DNA of 64,000 nt, taken from Harriotta raleighana (lineage: Eukaryota). The first letter of the stretch is position 1. Each line of letters starts with the position of its first letter. The DNA lies in the NCBI GenBank assembly GCA_050575255.1, contig JBNZDD010013480.1:285516-349515 (forward strand), written 5' to 3'. The position numbers and the translations under genes are program-made. This document shows positions 63,158 to 64,000 of the stretch, piece after piece. Under the pieces are notes generated by a model. That model was not told the DNA's origin. It ran no database searches and saw only the letters and a list, made by a program, of their open reading frames with translations.

Positions 63158-64000
63158 GGGTCCAGATTTACTGTGTTTTCATAGTGTTTTCAGAGAGTCC
63201 CAAATTTTGTGTTTTTTTAAAGTTTTTCTGTAATTATTAAACAAAAAACTGAACAGAAAAGCAATTTCAAAATTCAGACTGTATTTAAGATTTTATTAGA
63301 TTTTACTAAACTGAATACTTGTTCATCTGATTATCCTACCTGGCGAAATAAACTCTAAAGAAATACCCACATTTCTTTCACAAATGACTGATAAGGCAAC
63401 ATTTTTTAGGAAACTAACGTTTCTTTTAAAAACAAATGTAAAAATATATAGAGAATTCACTTGATTTCATTGCCTGATCAAGAGCATACTTTTAAAATGT
63501 TCGCATTTAATTTTCCTGCAATTTTTTTTCCAAATTACCAGAAGGACAATCATCTCCACTTTAGGAATATAAAGGGAGAAATTGGACCAGGATTCAGATT
63601 TATTTAAATTAACTTAACATTTCTTAAAAGTTATGTGTAGAAAAACACTTCAAAATAAGGCTGCATTTAAGAGTTTGCTAAATTCTGGATCCTATGAAAT
63701 GCTACATAAATATAATCATTCTTGACCAGGATGAAGTGTCAGCGCGTGTTGTTAACTCAAAGACCTGACTGCGGCTTTAATGCACAACCTTCTGAGACAG
63801 GCTGGCACCTGATAATCACAGGAAGTTGATAAAAGCGTTAGATGGATTAGAATTAGTAAAAGCATTTGACTACAAGAGGAAATTGTAATCAAAACAATTG
63901 AACTACTGTACTATATTTTGCCAATACATTTTCAACTGCAGATGCAGTCCAGCAACTACCATGCTGAATAATTAGGTTCACTGAAGAGTTCCTCGACCTT

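Noticed and set aside
1-64000. A prokaryote-style novel system (operon, defence island, retron)
   Set aside because: No gene-dense region or intact ORFs exist; every recognisable peptide is a decayed eukaryotic LINE fragment.

Overview
This is eukaryotic, vertebrate, almost entirely non-coding DNA, not prokaryotic. The repeat repertoire (tRNA-headed SINEs with L2-type tails, older Deu-domain SINEs, L2 and CR1 LINE relics, a Penelope-like terminus, TA-flanked and hAT-type MITEs) points to a cartilaginous fish, probably elephant shark (inference). I found no intact protein-coding gene, tRNA/rRNA gene or CRISPR array. The only recognisable peptides are decayed LINE ORFs: L2 reverse transcriptase, and CR1 ORF1 zinc-finger/esterase plus endonuclease. 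Several 1.5-2.6 kb repeat-free islands rich in transcription-factor motifs lie between the repeats and look like enhancer or conserved non-coding blocks of a gene desert or large intron. There are two N-gaps and four single-N junctions that duplicate apparently allelic sequence. The least-explained signals are an unclassified ~200 bp repeat in five copies (one with its modules in permuted order), a MITE family built around a microsatellite, a longer SINE variant with an extra domain, a stop-containing candidate exon with strong splice sites, and motif clusters (posterior-Hox/GLI, GATA/ETS). I cannot support a claim of a new biological system from sequence alone.
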